Assembly (NCBI GenBank): GCA_964594115.1 | Contig: CAZQLD010000007.1 | Coordinates: 1-53,830 of the forward strand | Direction: 5' to 3' | Source: Candidatus Woesearchaeota archaeon | GTDB taxonomy: Archaea; Nanobdellota; Nanobdellia; Pacearchaeales; GW2011-AR1 | DNA: 53,830 nucleotides | Shown: positions 9,895 to 19,252 of the stretch, piece by piece | Position numbering within the stretch: position 1 is the stretch's first letter | Layout: every line of letters starts with the position of its first letter | Notes under the pieces: generated by a model | Databases searched by the model: none | What the model was told of the DNA's origin: nothing | The model's input: only the letters and a program-made list of their open reading frames with translations | Made by a program: the position numbers and the translations under genes

Positions 9895-10827
9895 ATGGAT
9901 GAAATTTATTCCTTAGTAGAAAAATTTCCAGAAAAAATAAAGGATTCTTATGAAACTGAAGTTTTGAGAAGCAATAAGAACTTTGAGGGGATTGTTTTTG
10001 TTGGAATGGGTGGGAATTATATTGCTGGACTTGTTTTAAAAGAGATTTTAAGAAAAGAAATCAGTGTAGAAGTCTGCCAAAGCAGTGAAATTTTACTTGA
10101 TTATAAGACTCTGGTTATTTTAACAAGCTATTCTGGTAACACCAAAGAAGTTGTTGATATTTTTGATAAACTGAAAGACAGAGGAAATATTCTTGTTGTT
10201 ACATCAGGAGGAGAATTATTAAAAAAGGCAAAAAAGAAAAAAGTTAAACTAATAAAAATTCCTTCAGATATTCATCAAAGATTTACATTTGCAGAGTGTT
10301 TCTTTCCTATCTTAAAGTATCTAGAGAATTCTGGAATGATTAAAAGCAAGAAAAAGATAGTTAAGAGGATAGTTATGACACTGAAGAAAAACAAAAAAAT
10401 TATAGAAGAAGATGCAATTCAATTAGCTTTTAGGTTAAAGAATGAGAACCCTTTGTTTTATGCTTCTCAGTATTTTTATCCTGCTGCTTATAGGATGCAG
10501 ACAGCAATAGAAGAAGATGTGAAAATAATTTGTCATGCAAATAAAATTACTGAACTTTTTCATAATGAGTTAGAAGCCTTGCCAGCAAGTTACTTCTTTC
10601 CTGTATTAATTTTAGATAAAAAAGAGATTCAACCTTTTGTAAAACAGGTGAAATTTTTTAAAAAACACATTAAAGATTTTTACGAGATTGGTTATGGAAA
10701 ATATTCTAAGGAAGAAAGGATGTTTTTAATTTTTTATTTTGTTGATTTTCTAGGATATCATCTCTCTAGACTAAAAGATACAGATATTGGAGAGACTCCA
10801 TTATCAGATAAAATTAAAAAGATGTAA
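9895..10827 (+). CDS. Bifunctional phosphoglucose/phosphomannose isomerase (SIS family)
   Basis: VGMGG, SYSGNTKE, TSGG and ELFHNELE motifs. Confidence 0.85.
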   Translation: MDEIYSLVEKFPEKIKDSYETEVLRSNKNFEGIVFVGMGGNYIAGLVLKEILRKEISVEVCQSSEILLDYKTLVILTSYSGNTKEVVDIFDKLKDRGNILVVTSGGELLKKAKKKKVKLIKIPSDIHQRFTFAECFFPILKYLENSGMIKSKKKIVKRIVMTLKKNKKIIEEDAIQLAFRLKNENPLFYASQYFYPAAYRMQTAIEEDVKIICHANKITELFHNELEALPASYFFPVLILDKKEIQPFVKQVKFFKKHIKDFYEIGYGKYSKEERMFLIFYFVDFLGYHLSRLKDTDIGETPLSDKIKKM

Positions 10828-10841
10828 TTATTCGTAAGAGA

Positions 10842-11963
10842 ATGAAAAAAGAGACGCAGATAGATAAGGCTTATAAAGAGGCAATAGAAACAATAAAAGG
10901 GTGTTTTACTCAGTATGGATTGTTTGCTTCTGGTGGAAAAAAAGGATATAGGGGTGTATGGAGCAGAGACAGTTTTATCACATTTCTTGGGGGAAGTTTG
11001 TTAGAAGGAAAGGATAAAGAGCTGTTTAGAAAAGCTTTTAAAAAAAGTTTGGAAATTCTAGGAAGGTATCAGAGCAAGAATGGGCAGATACCAAATGCAG
11101 TTCATAGTTTTGAGAGAAAAAAACCAATAGTAGATTATCTTTCTATTGATTCTAGCTTATGGTTTATAATTGGGCATTATGTTTATAAGAAAAGATATGG
11201 TTCTTCTTTTTTTAAAAAACATAAAGAAAATATTAAAAGAGCAGTTACCTGGCTTTCTTATCAGGATGTTGGAGAAGATCTAATGCTTGAGCAGCTTCCT
11301 ACGACAGACTGGCAAGATGCTTTTCCCCATAAATACGGGCGTGCAATAAACACGCAGGTTCTATATTATAAAGTTTTAAAATTAATCAAAGAAGGGGGAA
11401 AGGCAAGAAAATTAAAATTTTTAGTTAACAAAAGTGAAGAAACAAAATTATGGAACGGAGAGTTTTATATCCCCTACAGGTGGAAGAGTCATGGAAAATA
11501 TATTGAGATTGGAGACTGGTTTGATTCTTTAGGTAATCTCCTTGCTATTGTTTTTGGTTTTGCATCAAAAAAACAGGCAGAGAGTATTATTTCTCATATT
11601 CAGAAAAAGAAAATCAACAAGCCTTATCCTGTTAAGGCAATCTTTCCTCCAATTAAAAAAGGAAGTATGTACTGGAAAAATTATTATCTGGATTGTGAGG
11701 CTGGAAAGCCTTTTCATTATTTAAACGCGGGAATCTGGACTTATATTGGAGGATTTTATGTTCTTGCTTTAATCAAGCTTAAAAAATTTGAAGAAGCTAA
11801 AAAAGAGCTAAAGAAGCTTGCAGAAGCAAACCTAAAAGGTAATAAGTTTCCTGAATGGATAGATCCTATAATAAAGAAAACTCATGGAAAACTGCAAGCA
11901 TGGAGTGCAGGAGTGTACATGCTTGCTTATGAATCATTAAAAAAGAAAAAAGTCTTGGTTTAA
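10842..11963 (+). CDS. GH100-like glycoside hydrolase (alkaline/neutral invertase or amylo-alpha-1,6-glucosidase family)
   Basis: VWSRDSFI, DSSLWFII, DSLGNLLAI, YLNAGIW, FPEW and QAWSAG. Confidence 0.8.
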   Translation: MKKETQIDKAYKEAIETIKGCFTQYGLFASGGKKGYRGVWSRDSFITFLGGSLLEGKDKELFRKAFKKSLEILGRYQSKNGQIPNAVHSFERKKPIVDYLSIDSSLWFIIGHYVYKKRYGSSFFKKHKENIKRAVTWLSYQDVGEDLMLEQLPTTDWQDAFPHKYGRAINTQVLYYKVLKLIKEGGKARKLKFLVNKSEETKLWNGEFYIPYRWKSHGKYIEIGDWFDSLGNLLAIVFGFASKKQAESIISHIQKKKINKPYPVKAIFPPIKKGSMYWKNYYLDCEAGKPFHYLNAGIWTYIGGFYVLALIKLKKFEEAKKELKKLAEANLKGNKFPEWIDPIIKKTHGKLQAWSAGVYMLAYESLKKKKVLV

Positions 11964-12045
11964 TTATTAGTAAAATTTTTAAATACCCTGAAGATTGTCT
12001 TGATGAGGTGGGAGTGCCTCAGACACTTATTCTTAGAAAATTAAG

Positions 12046-12535
12046 ATGATAAAAATAACTAGAAAAGCTATAGATTCTGTTTTAGAAGAAATAGTAAGGG
12101 AATATGAAAGAGAAAGTAGAACAAGAAAAAACTTTTTTATATGACTATATTACTAGTGGAGTTATATGTCTCTAAGAATTTTATGCTGATAAAGGGCAAT
12201 TAATTAGGGCAGGCTATAAAAGTGGAGCATATCTTACTTTTCGAATGATAGAAGCGCAATTAAGTTTAGACAAACAGCAATCTCCAGAGATAATTGAGGA
12301 TGATATAAAAAAAGCAACTGAGGATGTGAAGGTTATTACAAGTATGGAAGTAAGTGATGTTTCTTTGGCAAAAATAGCTCAAGTCAGGGAGGAAAACACT
12401 GAATTTGGAGATTATGTAATTAATTATATAGAACATCAAGCACCTAATGAGATGATATCAAGAGGGTTTGCATTAGGGGTTGTAACAACTTATTCTGTTT
12501 ATGAACAAGCTTTTAAGAGATTGAAAAGTGCTTGA
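12046..12535 (+). pseudogene. Disrupted gene (frameshift plus internal TAA) with two repeats of a small helical domain
   Basis: Frame 1 gives MIKITRKAIDSVLEEIVREYER. Frame 2 continues KVEQEKLFLYDYITSGVICL*EFYADKGQLIRAGYKSGAYLTFRMIEAQL into the 12245-12535 ORF; TAA is at 12173-12175. Confidence 0.55.
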
Positions 12536-12546
12536 AATTAGAATTC

Positions 12547-13686
12547 TTACTTAAGATTAAGTCTTTCTTTAGTTATATCCAACATTTTTTTGGAGATATC
12601 CCTATAGTCGAGATTTTTAAGGACATGCTCTCTTGCCTGCTTTCCCATTTTTTCACACAAATCAGGGTTTGTTAGAAGTTTTAATGTGAGTTTTTTTACG
12701 TCATTAACATCTGCCCTGTATGCAAAAGTCTTTGGAGGATCAAATTTCACCATTTCTTTTTTCTTAAAACCCATCCAGGGATAAACCCACTCTTCATCTA
12801 GCATTATTTCTTCTCCAACCTTAGCCAAGAAACCTGTTTTATTGTGGATTATTGTTTCTCCTGGACCCATTTTATTTATTGATATTACTGGCTTTCCGCA
12901 GGACATAGCCTCAACTTGTATCATGCCAAAGCCCTCAAGTCTAGAGGGTGCTGCATAAATATCTGCAGCGTTTAGAAGATGAACCATAAACTCTTGTGAG
13001 AATTCATCATCCATGAAAATTACTTTATTGCCTATACCAAGTTCTTCAGCGAGCTTTTGTTCTTCTCCTCTCCAGTCCTCTGCACATTCGCTTGGCCAGG
13101 ATTTGCATACATATTTCCAGTCTTTAAATTCTTTATCAACCTCTGCTAGAGCCTCAATCATTTCCTGTGCTCCTTTTGATGTAACATCCCCTCCAACTGT
13201 TAGAATCATTTTTTCATTATCTTTTACTCCAAATACTTTTCTCATGGCTTTGTTATATCTTTTGTTGTTAGTAGGTTTGAATAAGTTTGTGTCAACTCCT
13301 ATGTGCATTGGAACTATCTTGCTTACATCGATGCCATCTCTCTTATAAATGTCCTTGACCCACTGGCTTGTTGTGAACATTAAGTCCAGCTGATCGAATT
13401 CTTTTTGATAATTTGCCACCCAACCATCAGAATTAAACCATGGAACAGGATTGATTTTGTGTTTTAATGGTTCCTGAACAATCTCAGGAACATTGCCCCA
13501 GAATCCTATACCAAAAGAAACATCTGGTTTGTAGTATTTTAGATAGAAATTTTTCTGTAAACTGTCTTTAAAATGACAGGGCAAGGCCTCATGATTAGAA
13601 TCCAATATCCCCCTGTAGAGTAAATCTCCCTGAAGACTTTGGCCATCAGGTTCAGGGGGGTAAGCATAAAGTACTACGCACCTCAT
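12547..13686 (-). CDS. Glycosyltransferase family 4
   Basis: PSRLEGFGMIQVEAMSCGKPVI and ETIIHNKTGFL. Confidence 0.92.
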   Translation of the reverse strand: MRCVVLYAYPPEPDGQSLQGDLLYRGILDSNHEALPCHFKDSLQKNFYLKYYKPDVSFGIGFWGNVPEIVQEPLKHKINPVPWFNSDGWVANYQKEFDQLDLMFTTSQWVKDIYKRDGIDVSKIVPMHIGVDTNLFKPTNNKRYNKAMRKVFGVKDNEKMILTVGGDVTSKGAQEMIEALAEVDKEFKDWKYVCKSWPSECAEDWRGEEQKLAEELGIGNKVIFMDDEFSQEFMVHLLNAADIYAAPSRLEGFGMIQVEAMSCGKPVISINKMGPGETIIHNKTGFLAKVGEEIMLDEEWVYPWMGFKKKEMVKFDPPKTFAYRADVNDVKKLTLKLLTNPDLCEKMGKQAREHVLKNLDYRDISKKMLDITKERLNLK

Positions 13687-14288
13687 ATTTTTTCTTTGAC
13701 TTTAAATGTTTCTTTATTTTTTGAACACATATCTTCAAAGCTGTTTTGTTTAAAGCGATAAATCCCTTTAATCAAATATTTTTTTTTCATAAAACAAACA
13801 TCTTTCAACTTTATAAACTTATCTGAATTTTTGTTCGGACAACAGAAAGCTCCTTTCATAGTGTAAGAGAAGAACAAAACCTCTTTCGCAATCAAATCGC
13901 GTGCGTTCAGCATTTTAACAACTGCTTTATGAACATCAATATGTCTCTTGTGCCCGTACTCTCCATTCAGTCCATGAGTAAAGATATAACCATAGCTTTT
14001 TCCGTCGATAAATTGCTTAATTCTTTTTATAATCTCTTCTGCTTTAATCTCATTTAGCTTTTCATCTTCCAAGTCAGATATGAAACATCTTGCTTTCAAA
14101 ATCCTACACACTCTTGCAAACTTTGGAGCGCGATCTGGATCGTCTTTTCTGCACAGACTGATGATTGTTGTATCCCACTTGTCTTTGTTCATCAGAAGAG
14201 TTCCTCCCATCCAGATTGTCTCATCATCTGGATGAGCGATGATCACCAAGACTTTTTTCTTTCTTACCTTTTTTTTCATAAGCATCAA
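13683..14288 (-). CDS. PIG-L/LmbE family de-N-acetylase
   Basis: AHPDDE and HGLNGEYGHKRH; true start may be ATG 14279 or 14285. Confidence 0.88.
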   Translation of the reverse strand: MMLMKKKVRKKKVLVIIAHPDDETIWMGGTLLMNKDKWDTTIISLCRKDDPDRAPKFARVCRILKARCFISDLEDEKLNEIKAEEIIKRIKQFIDGKSYGYIFTHGLNGEYGHKRHIDVHKAVVKMLNARDLIAKEVLFFSYTMKGAFCCPNKNSDKFIKLKDVCFMKKKYLIKGIYRFKQNSFEDMCSKNKETFKVKEKI

Positions 14289-14374
14289 AAGGTTTTTAAT
14301 TAGATAAATCTTTCTATAATCATAAAATTTAGAAAGAGAAAACTAGGAGAGAGACTGGACAAAAAAGAGGTCAG

Positions 14375-15283
14375 ATGAAATTTGATGTTGTTACTTTTGG
14401 AGGTGCAGTTGTGGATGTTTTTGTAGGCACAGACTTAGCTGAAAGAGGCAAGTTCATCGCATATCCGGTTGGAAGCAAGATTTTGATTAAAGATTTGAGA
14501 TTTGATATTGGGGGAGGAGGGACAAATTCTGCTGTTGCATTCTCCAGACTTGGACTAAAGACAGGATGGATTGGAAAAGTTGGAGATGATAATCCAGGGA
14601 AAAGCATATTGAATTTAATGAAAGAAGAGAATGTAAAGTTTCTTGGAAAGGTCGAAAGAGGAGGTCTAAGTGGTTTTTCAATTGTTTTGGATAGCAAGGA
14701 AAATAACCGGACAGTTTTAACTTATAGGGGGGAGAATAACAATTTCTCTTTGGGGGAGATTAATTTAAGAAAATTAAAAACAAAGTGGGTTTATTACTCT
14801 TCTGCCCTAGGGGAGAGTTTTAAAACACAGAGGAGGCTCGCACCAATTTTAAAAAGAAAAAACATTAAGATAGCTTTTAATCCTGGTTCTTACTTGATTG
14901 AAAAGAAAAACTTGAAACATCTTTTGAAGTTTGTGAATATTCTTACTTTAAACAAAGAAGAAGCTCAAACACTCGCAAAAAAGAAGAAAAAGGTTATTGA
15001 AGCGCTTCATAAAATAATTAGTAAAGAAGGCATAGTAGTTATCACAGACAGAAATAATAAAATTCAGGCGTTTGATGGCAAGAGAAAGTATTCTCTTCAG
15101 CCAAATGAGATAAAGGTGGTGGAAAGAACAGGGGCAGGTGATGCTTTTGCTTCTGGATTTGTTGCCGGAATAATTGTAGGAATGAGTATTGAGCAAGCTC
15201 TTAAATTAGGGCTAAAAGAATCAGAAGCTGTTATTAGGTATCTCGGAGCTAAAAATAATTTATTGAGAATGAGAATTAATTAG
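14375..15283 (+). CDS. PfkB/ribokinase-family carbohydrate kinase
   Basis: GGGGTNSAVAFSRLG, LNKEEA, and RTGAGDAFASG. Confidence 0.93.
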   Translation: MKFDVVTFGGAVVDVFVGTDLAERGKFIAYPVGSKILIKDLRFDIGGGGTNSAVAFSRLGLKTGWIGKVGDDNPGKSILNLMKEENVKFLGKVERGGLSGFSIVLDSKENNRTVLTYRGENNNFSLGEINLRKLKTKWVYYSSALGESFKTQRRLAPILKRKNIKIAFNPGSYLIEKKNLKHLLKFVNILTLNKEEAQTLAKKKKKVIEALHKIISKEGIVVITDRNNKIQAFDGKRKYSLQPNEIKVVERTGAGDAFASGFVAGIIVGMSIEQALKLGLKESEAVIRYLGAKNNLLRMRIN

Positions 15284-15345
15284 AGGGATAGATTTATAAA
15301 ATACAGTTCTCTTTTAAGTTTATAAAAAGAGGCAAAATAAAAAAG

Positions 15346-16095
15346 ATGGTTGGTTTAAATAAGATAGCAAAAAAAGGAAAGGCTCTTTTTTTAGCTTATG
15401 ACCAGGGATTAGAGCATGGGCCTAGTGATTTTAATGATAAGAATGTAGACCCCTTGTATATTTTTGAATTGGCTAAGAAAGGAGGATGTACAGCTATTGT
15501 TCTTCAAAAGGGCATTGTTGAAAAGTACAGGGAAGAATTAAAGAAATTTAAGATTCCTTTAATAATGAAATTAAATGGAAAGACAAATTTATTTAGAGGA
15601 GACCCAATATCCAGACAGTTGTGCACTGTTAAAGAAGCAATTAAACTAGGAGCAAGTGCAGTAGGTTTTACAATCTATATTGGAAGCCAGCATGAAGGGA
15701 ATATGTTATCAGATTTTGAAAATATTCAAAGAGAGGCGCATAAAAGAGGACTTCCTGTTGTTGCATGGGTATATGCAAGAGGAAGTTCTGTTAGAATAAA
15801 GCCTTCTGGGGAATTAATGGCATATGCTGCAAGGACAGGATTAGAGATTGGAGCAGATATTATTAAGATAAAGTATGATGGGAATTTTAAAAGTCTGAAA
15901 TGGGCTGTGGAGTCTGCTGGAAGAACAAAAGTAGTAATTGCCGGAGGTCTTAAAAAAGACCAAAAACTTTTTTTAAAGCAGGTCAAGGACATTATGAATG
16001 CAGGAGCTATTGGATTAGCTGTTGGAAGAAATATCTGGCAGAATAAAGACCCTTATGCTGTTATTAAGCAAGTTAGGAAAATAATGTGGGGATAA
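15346..16095 (+). CDS. fbaB: Class I fructose-bisphosphate aldolase (DhnA-type)
   Basis: LAYDQGLEHGP, KLNGKT, GADIIKIKY Schiff-base Lys, and GLAVGRNIWQ. Confidence 0.9.
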   Translation: MVGLNKIAKKGKALFLAYDQGLEHGPSDFNDKNVDPLYIFELAKKGGCTAIVLQKGIVEKYREELKKFKIPLIMKLNGKTNLFRGDPISRQLCTVKEAIKLGASAVGFTIYIGSQHEGNMLSDFENIQREAHKRGLPVVAWVYARGSSVRIKPSGELMAYAARTGLEIGADIIKIKYDGNFKSLKWAVESAGRTKVVIAGGLKKDQKLFLKQVKDIMNAGAIGLAVGRNIWQNKDPYAVIKQVRKIMWG

Positions 16096-16122
16096 GACCA
16101 TTAATAATTTTACAAATAGAAA

Positions 16123-16749
16123 ATGAAGCCTCTAATTGTTGTTAATTTTAAAACATATAAGCAAGGTAAAGATGCTATTAAATTAGCTAAGGTAATTGAG
16201 AGAGTTGACAGCAAGATAATTGTTGGGGTCCAGGCAAGTGATATTTATGAGATTACTAAGAGAACAAAATTAAAGGTTTATGCACAGCATGTTGATTATT
16301 TTAAACCAGGAAGGCATACTGGTTTTATTATTCCAGAGGCAGTTAAGAGGGATAAGGCTGTTGGAAGTTTTCTTAATCATTCTGAGCATAAATTAAGTTT
16401 AAGAGCAATAAAGAAGACAATCAAGAGATGCAAACAAGTAGGATTAAAGACAATGGTTTTTGCAAGAGACTTGAGAGAAGCAAGAAAAATTCAAAAAATG
16501 AAGCCAGACTATCTTATTGTTGAGCCTCCTGAATTGGTTGCAGGAAAGATTTCAGTAAGTAAAGCTAAGCCAGAATTAATAGAGAAGATTGCCAAGAAGC
16601 TAAAAATGAAATTTTTAGTTGGCGCAGGAATTAAGACAAAAGAAGATATTAAGATTGCCATGAAGCTTGGTGCTTCAGGGATTGCTGTTAGTTCTGCTGT
16701 GACTAAATCAAGAAATCCTAGAAAAAAGCTAAAAAGCCTGTTAAAATAG
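16123..16749 (+). CDS. tpiA: Triosephosphate isomerase (short archaeal type)
   Basis: VNFKTY, LNHSEH, VEPPELVAG and GAGIK; 208 aa. Confidence 0.93.
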   Translation: MKPLIVVNFKTYKQGKDAIKLAKVIERVDSKIIVGVQASDIYEITKRTKLKVYAQHVDYFKPGRHTGFIIPEAVKRDKAVGSFLNHSEHKLSLRAIKKTIKRCKQVGLKTMVFARDLREARKIQKMKPDYLIVEPPELVAGKISVSKAKPELIEKIAKKLKMKFLVGAGIKTKEDIKIAMKLGASGIAVSSAVTKSRNPRKKLKSLLK

Positions 16750-16750
16750 G

Positions 16751-17068
16751 TTAATTTATTCTGTGAACAAGATCTTTTGGATTCACTTTAATCGAGCATA
16801 TTTCTCCAGTTGAGCTATCTCTTATGCCAACAGTGGCTGTATCCTTTGCCCTATCAATAAAAACAGTATCTATACTGACAACTGTTTTATGACCGTATCT
16901 TTGAACAACTCTTCTTTTATCAACAATTACTGCTTGCTTATTTGTCAGTAATTCAGCAAAAGAATCTTTTTCTCTTCCTATTGGAATTATAATAACTTCA
17001 TTAGGAAAATTAAGATAAGTAGCGGAATAAGACGTACATTTTAAATATGGCCTCATAAACATGAACAA
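16751..17068 (-). CDS. Hypothetical protein
   Basis: About 103-105 aa; probable leaderless ATG at 17062, roughly 25 nt from a TATA at 17084-17091. Confidence 0.55.
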   Translation of the reverse strand: MFMFMRPYLKCTSYSATYLNFPNEVIIIPIGREKDSFAELLTNKQAVIVDKRRVVQRYGHKTVVSIDTVFIDRAKDTATVGIRDSSTGEICSIKVNPKDLVHRIN

Positions 17069-17108
17069 CTCATTGTTTTAGGGTTTATAAGAATTGCTAT
17101 TTGCTTTT

Positions 17109-17297
17109 TTACCAGATAAATAATTCGTCAATTGTTGTTTTTAATGCCTTTGCTACGTTGTGGGCAAGTTGAAGAGAAGGATTGTACTTACCTTTTTCTA
17201 AAAAAACAATTGTTTCCCTTCTTACTCCAACTTTTCTTGCCAAATCTTCTTGAGTCAGATTATATCTTGCCCTAAGTTCTTTTATTCGTGTTTTCAT
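17109..17297 (-). CDS. XRE/Cro-family HTH transcriptional regulator
   Basis: [41 protein letters not shown]. Confidence 0.93.
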   Translation of the reverse strand: MKTRIKELRARYNLTQEDLARKVGVRRETIVFLEKGKYNPSLQLAHNVAKALKTTIDELFIW

Positions 17298-17674
17298 TTT
17301 ACATCAGATTTCCGTATAAAGTATATTCTGAACAGGATTATTGTGATAACCATGGTCCAGAATACTATTGTTATTATGTGGGTTGCTGTTAAACTGATGA
17401 ACTCTAAGTACTCTAACCAGTATATTGATATCACTACAATAAATGTTATGGTCCAAGACCATAAGGTTGCACGACTTCCAAGCTTTTCTAGTCTTTCATC
17501 TGATTTGTATTTCTCAGGGTTCTTGAATCTGAAGAAAGTTATTGCCACAATACCTACTATCATGCCTATTGCCACACCAAAAGACTGTGCGTCTCTTTTT
17601 TTTATTAACAATAGGGCAAGCATTATTACTATAATAACAAACTTTCCAATTAGCCATTTAGTTGCTTTTTCCAT
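17294..17674 (-). CDS. DUF2178-like membrane protein
   Basis: 4 TM with the central DER motif (SDERLEKL); adjacent to the XRE gene. Confidence 0.8.
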   Translation of the reverse strand: MEKATKWLIGKFVIIVIMLALLLIKKRDAQSFGVAIGMIVGIVAITFFRFKNPEKYKSDERLEKLGSRATLWSWTITFIVVISIYWLEYLEFISLTATHIITIVFWTMVITIILFRIYFIRKSDVK

Positions 17675-17675
17675 T

Positions 17676-18113
17676 TTAAATCAGATTCTCTTTTCCTTTC
17701 TTACTAACCCATAGCCAACACAGTCCAAAAATTATTGCCATTCCAAGTATTCCAATACCTAATGCTTGTGAAGGGTCTCTGAATTGTATTAAACTTTCTG
17801 AAGCCCAGCCCAGTATTAAAAGATACCAGATAGATATTAAAAATGTATAATATCCTGCAAGAACCATAATTTTCTTGCTTCTTTCATCCTGATATGGAAA
17901 CCCTTTTTTTACTGCATTGTACTGTCTTTTTAAAATAGATACAGCAAACACCAGCAAGATTATTGCGATGACTATTGAAATAGCTCCTACAACAAGATTG
18001 CCATTTCTTATTATTGTTACTGCAAATAGAATTAAGGTACAGACAACAAGTAAGGCTACAATTCCTGCTGTCCAAACTCTTAGTTTATCTTTATTTTGGT
18101 TTTTTCTTTTCAT
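17676..18113 (-). CDS. DUF2178-like membrane protein
   Basis: 4 TM with QDERSKKI motif; GGAGG SD. Confidence 0.8.
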   Translation of the reverse strand: MKRKNQNKDKLRVWTAGIVALLVVCTLILFAVTIIRNGNLVVGAISIVIAIILLVFAVSILKRQYNAVKKGFPYQDERSKKIMVLAGYYTFLISIWYLLILGWASESLIQFRDPSQALGIGILGMAIIFGLCWLWVSKKGKENLI

Positions 18114-18165
18114 TTATTTAACCTCCTGAATTTATTTCAAGTTTTATTAATTATTTATAACTTTT

Positions 18166-18205
18166 TGTTATATTTAATTAACTTTATGTTAGAACTAGAT
18201 AACAT
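18166..18205. promoter_or_regulatory. Two tandem inverted-repeat operators (TGTTA-N8-TAACW), probably bound by the XRE regulator
   Basis: TGTTA-tatttaat-TAACT (18166-18183) and ATGTTA-gaactaga-TAACAT (18186-18205), 21 bp apart and next to the BRE/TATA at 18153-18165. Confidence 0.6.
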
Positions 18206-18281
18206 TAGTATTTAAATGTTTCGGTTTTTGTGCATTGTTATCAAATAAGTTTTTAAATATAGGCACGTTTATTGAAATAAC

Positions 18282-18851
18282 ATGATTGATGATAAAAAAC
18301 TATTTTCTGCATTTGTTTATGGTGCTTATGCTTCAGGATTTTGTGGAGTGAGATTGGATTCTTCAGAAAAGAATAATGGAATGGCGCTTTATGAGGCATA
18401 TATTAAGACTGGAGAAAATTTTCCAGAGAACCAATTAGGTGTGCTTAGGCCAGAATTAACTCAGGCCTTTAAAGGCGGAAAGCTTAGAAATTATATTTAC
18501 AACCAACATTTTGAGATAGTTTGGAAAGATATTGAGAGAGAAGCAGGAAAAAATCTTCCTCAAGCTCTAAAATCTAACCTTTTTTTAGCTTTAGCTTTGT
18601 CTTGTCCTGTTAATTTTTATACAGTTATTGAAGTGAATAAACCCATAATTACAGTTCAAAATATTTTTTCTTCTCAAAGAAGAAAAATTATAAGATTAGG
18701 AGGTTTAGAAAAGCTATCGCATGGAGACACTGTTTCAGGGCACTGGAATCATATGTTAGAGGTTGTTGATGGACTAGAGGGCATAGGAAAATATAAAGGT
18801 GTCTCAGAACTTTGGTATGATATTATAGGGCAAATTGTTAAAATAAAATGA
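18282..18851 (+). CDS. Hydrogenase-associated protein (DUF6390-like)
   Basis: YGAYASGFCG, LYEAY, and C-terminal VSGHWNHMLEVV; coupled to the maturation protease. Confidence 0.6.
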   Translation: MIDDKKLFSAFVYGAYASGFCGVRLDSSEKNNGMALYEAYIKTGENFPENQLGVLRPELTQAFKGGKLRNYIYNQHFEIVWKDIEREAGKNLPQALKSNLFLALALSCPVNFYTVIEVNKPIITVQNIFSSQRRKIIRLGGLEKLSHGDTVSGHWNHMLEVVDGLEGIGKYKGVSELWYDIIGQIVKIK

Positions 18852-19252
18852 AAATACTTGTTTTTGGAAATCCACTTGTAGAACAGGATAGTTTGGCATT
18901 AAAACTTCTTCCTAAATTAAGGGAAAAATTCTTAAGTATTGAATTTAAAGAGCTTGACCCAAATGAAAATTTAGAAGAGGAGATTGAAGATGGCAAGCTC
19001 AGAATTCTTGATGTTGTTAAAGGAATAGATAATGTTATGATTATTAATGATATTGATAAATTACAAGTTGGGAAAGTTTATAGTATGCATGATTTTGACC
19101 TTGCTTATAACCTAAAGTTACTAAAGAAAATCAATAAACTCAAAGAAGTTGAGATAATCTGCTTGCCTATGTTTATGGATAAAGAAGAGGCTTTTAGTCA
19201 AATCCAGTTAATCTTAAGGAAATGGGTGGCACAAGACATGCAAGGGTCGTAA
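18848..19252 (+). CDS. Hydrogenase maturation protease-like protein (HycI/HybD family)
   Basis: KILVFGNPLVEQDS, ILDVVKG and SMHDFD; next to the large subunit. Confidence 0.75.
   Translation: MKILVFGNPLVEQDSLALKLLPKLREKFLSIEFKELDPNENLEEEIEDGKLRILDVVKGIDNVMIINDIDKLQVGKVYSMHDFDLAYNLKLLKKINKLKEVEIICLPMFMDKEEAFSQIQLILRKWVAQDMQGS

Noticed and set aside
11988-12025. Fluoride riboswitch, SECIS or C/D-box sRNA assignment for the hairpin
   Set aside because: The order of the elements does not match these consensus structures; it is kept only as an unassigned hairpin.
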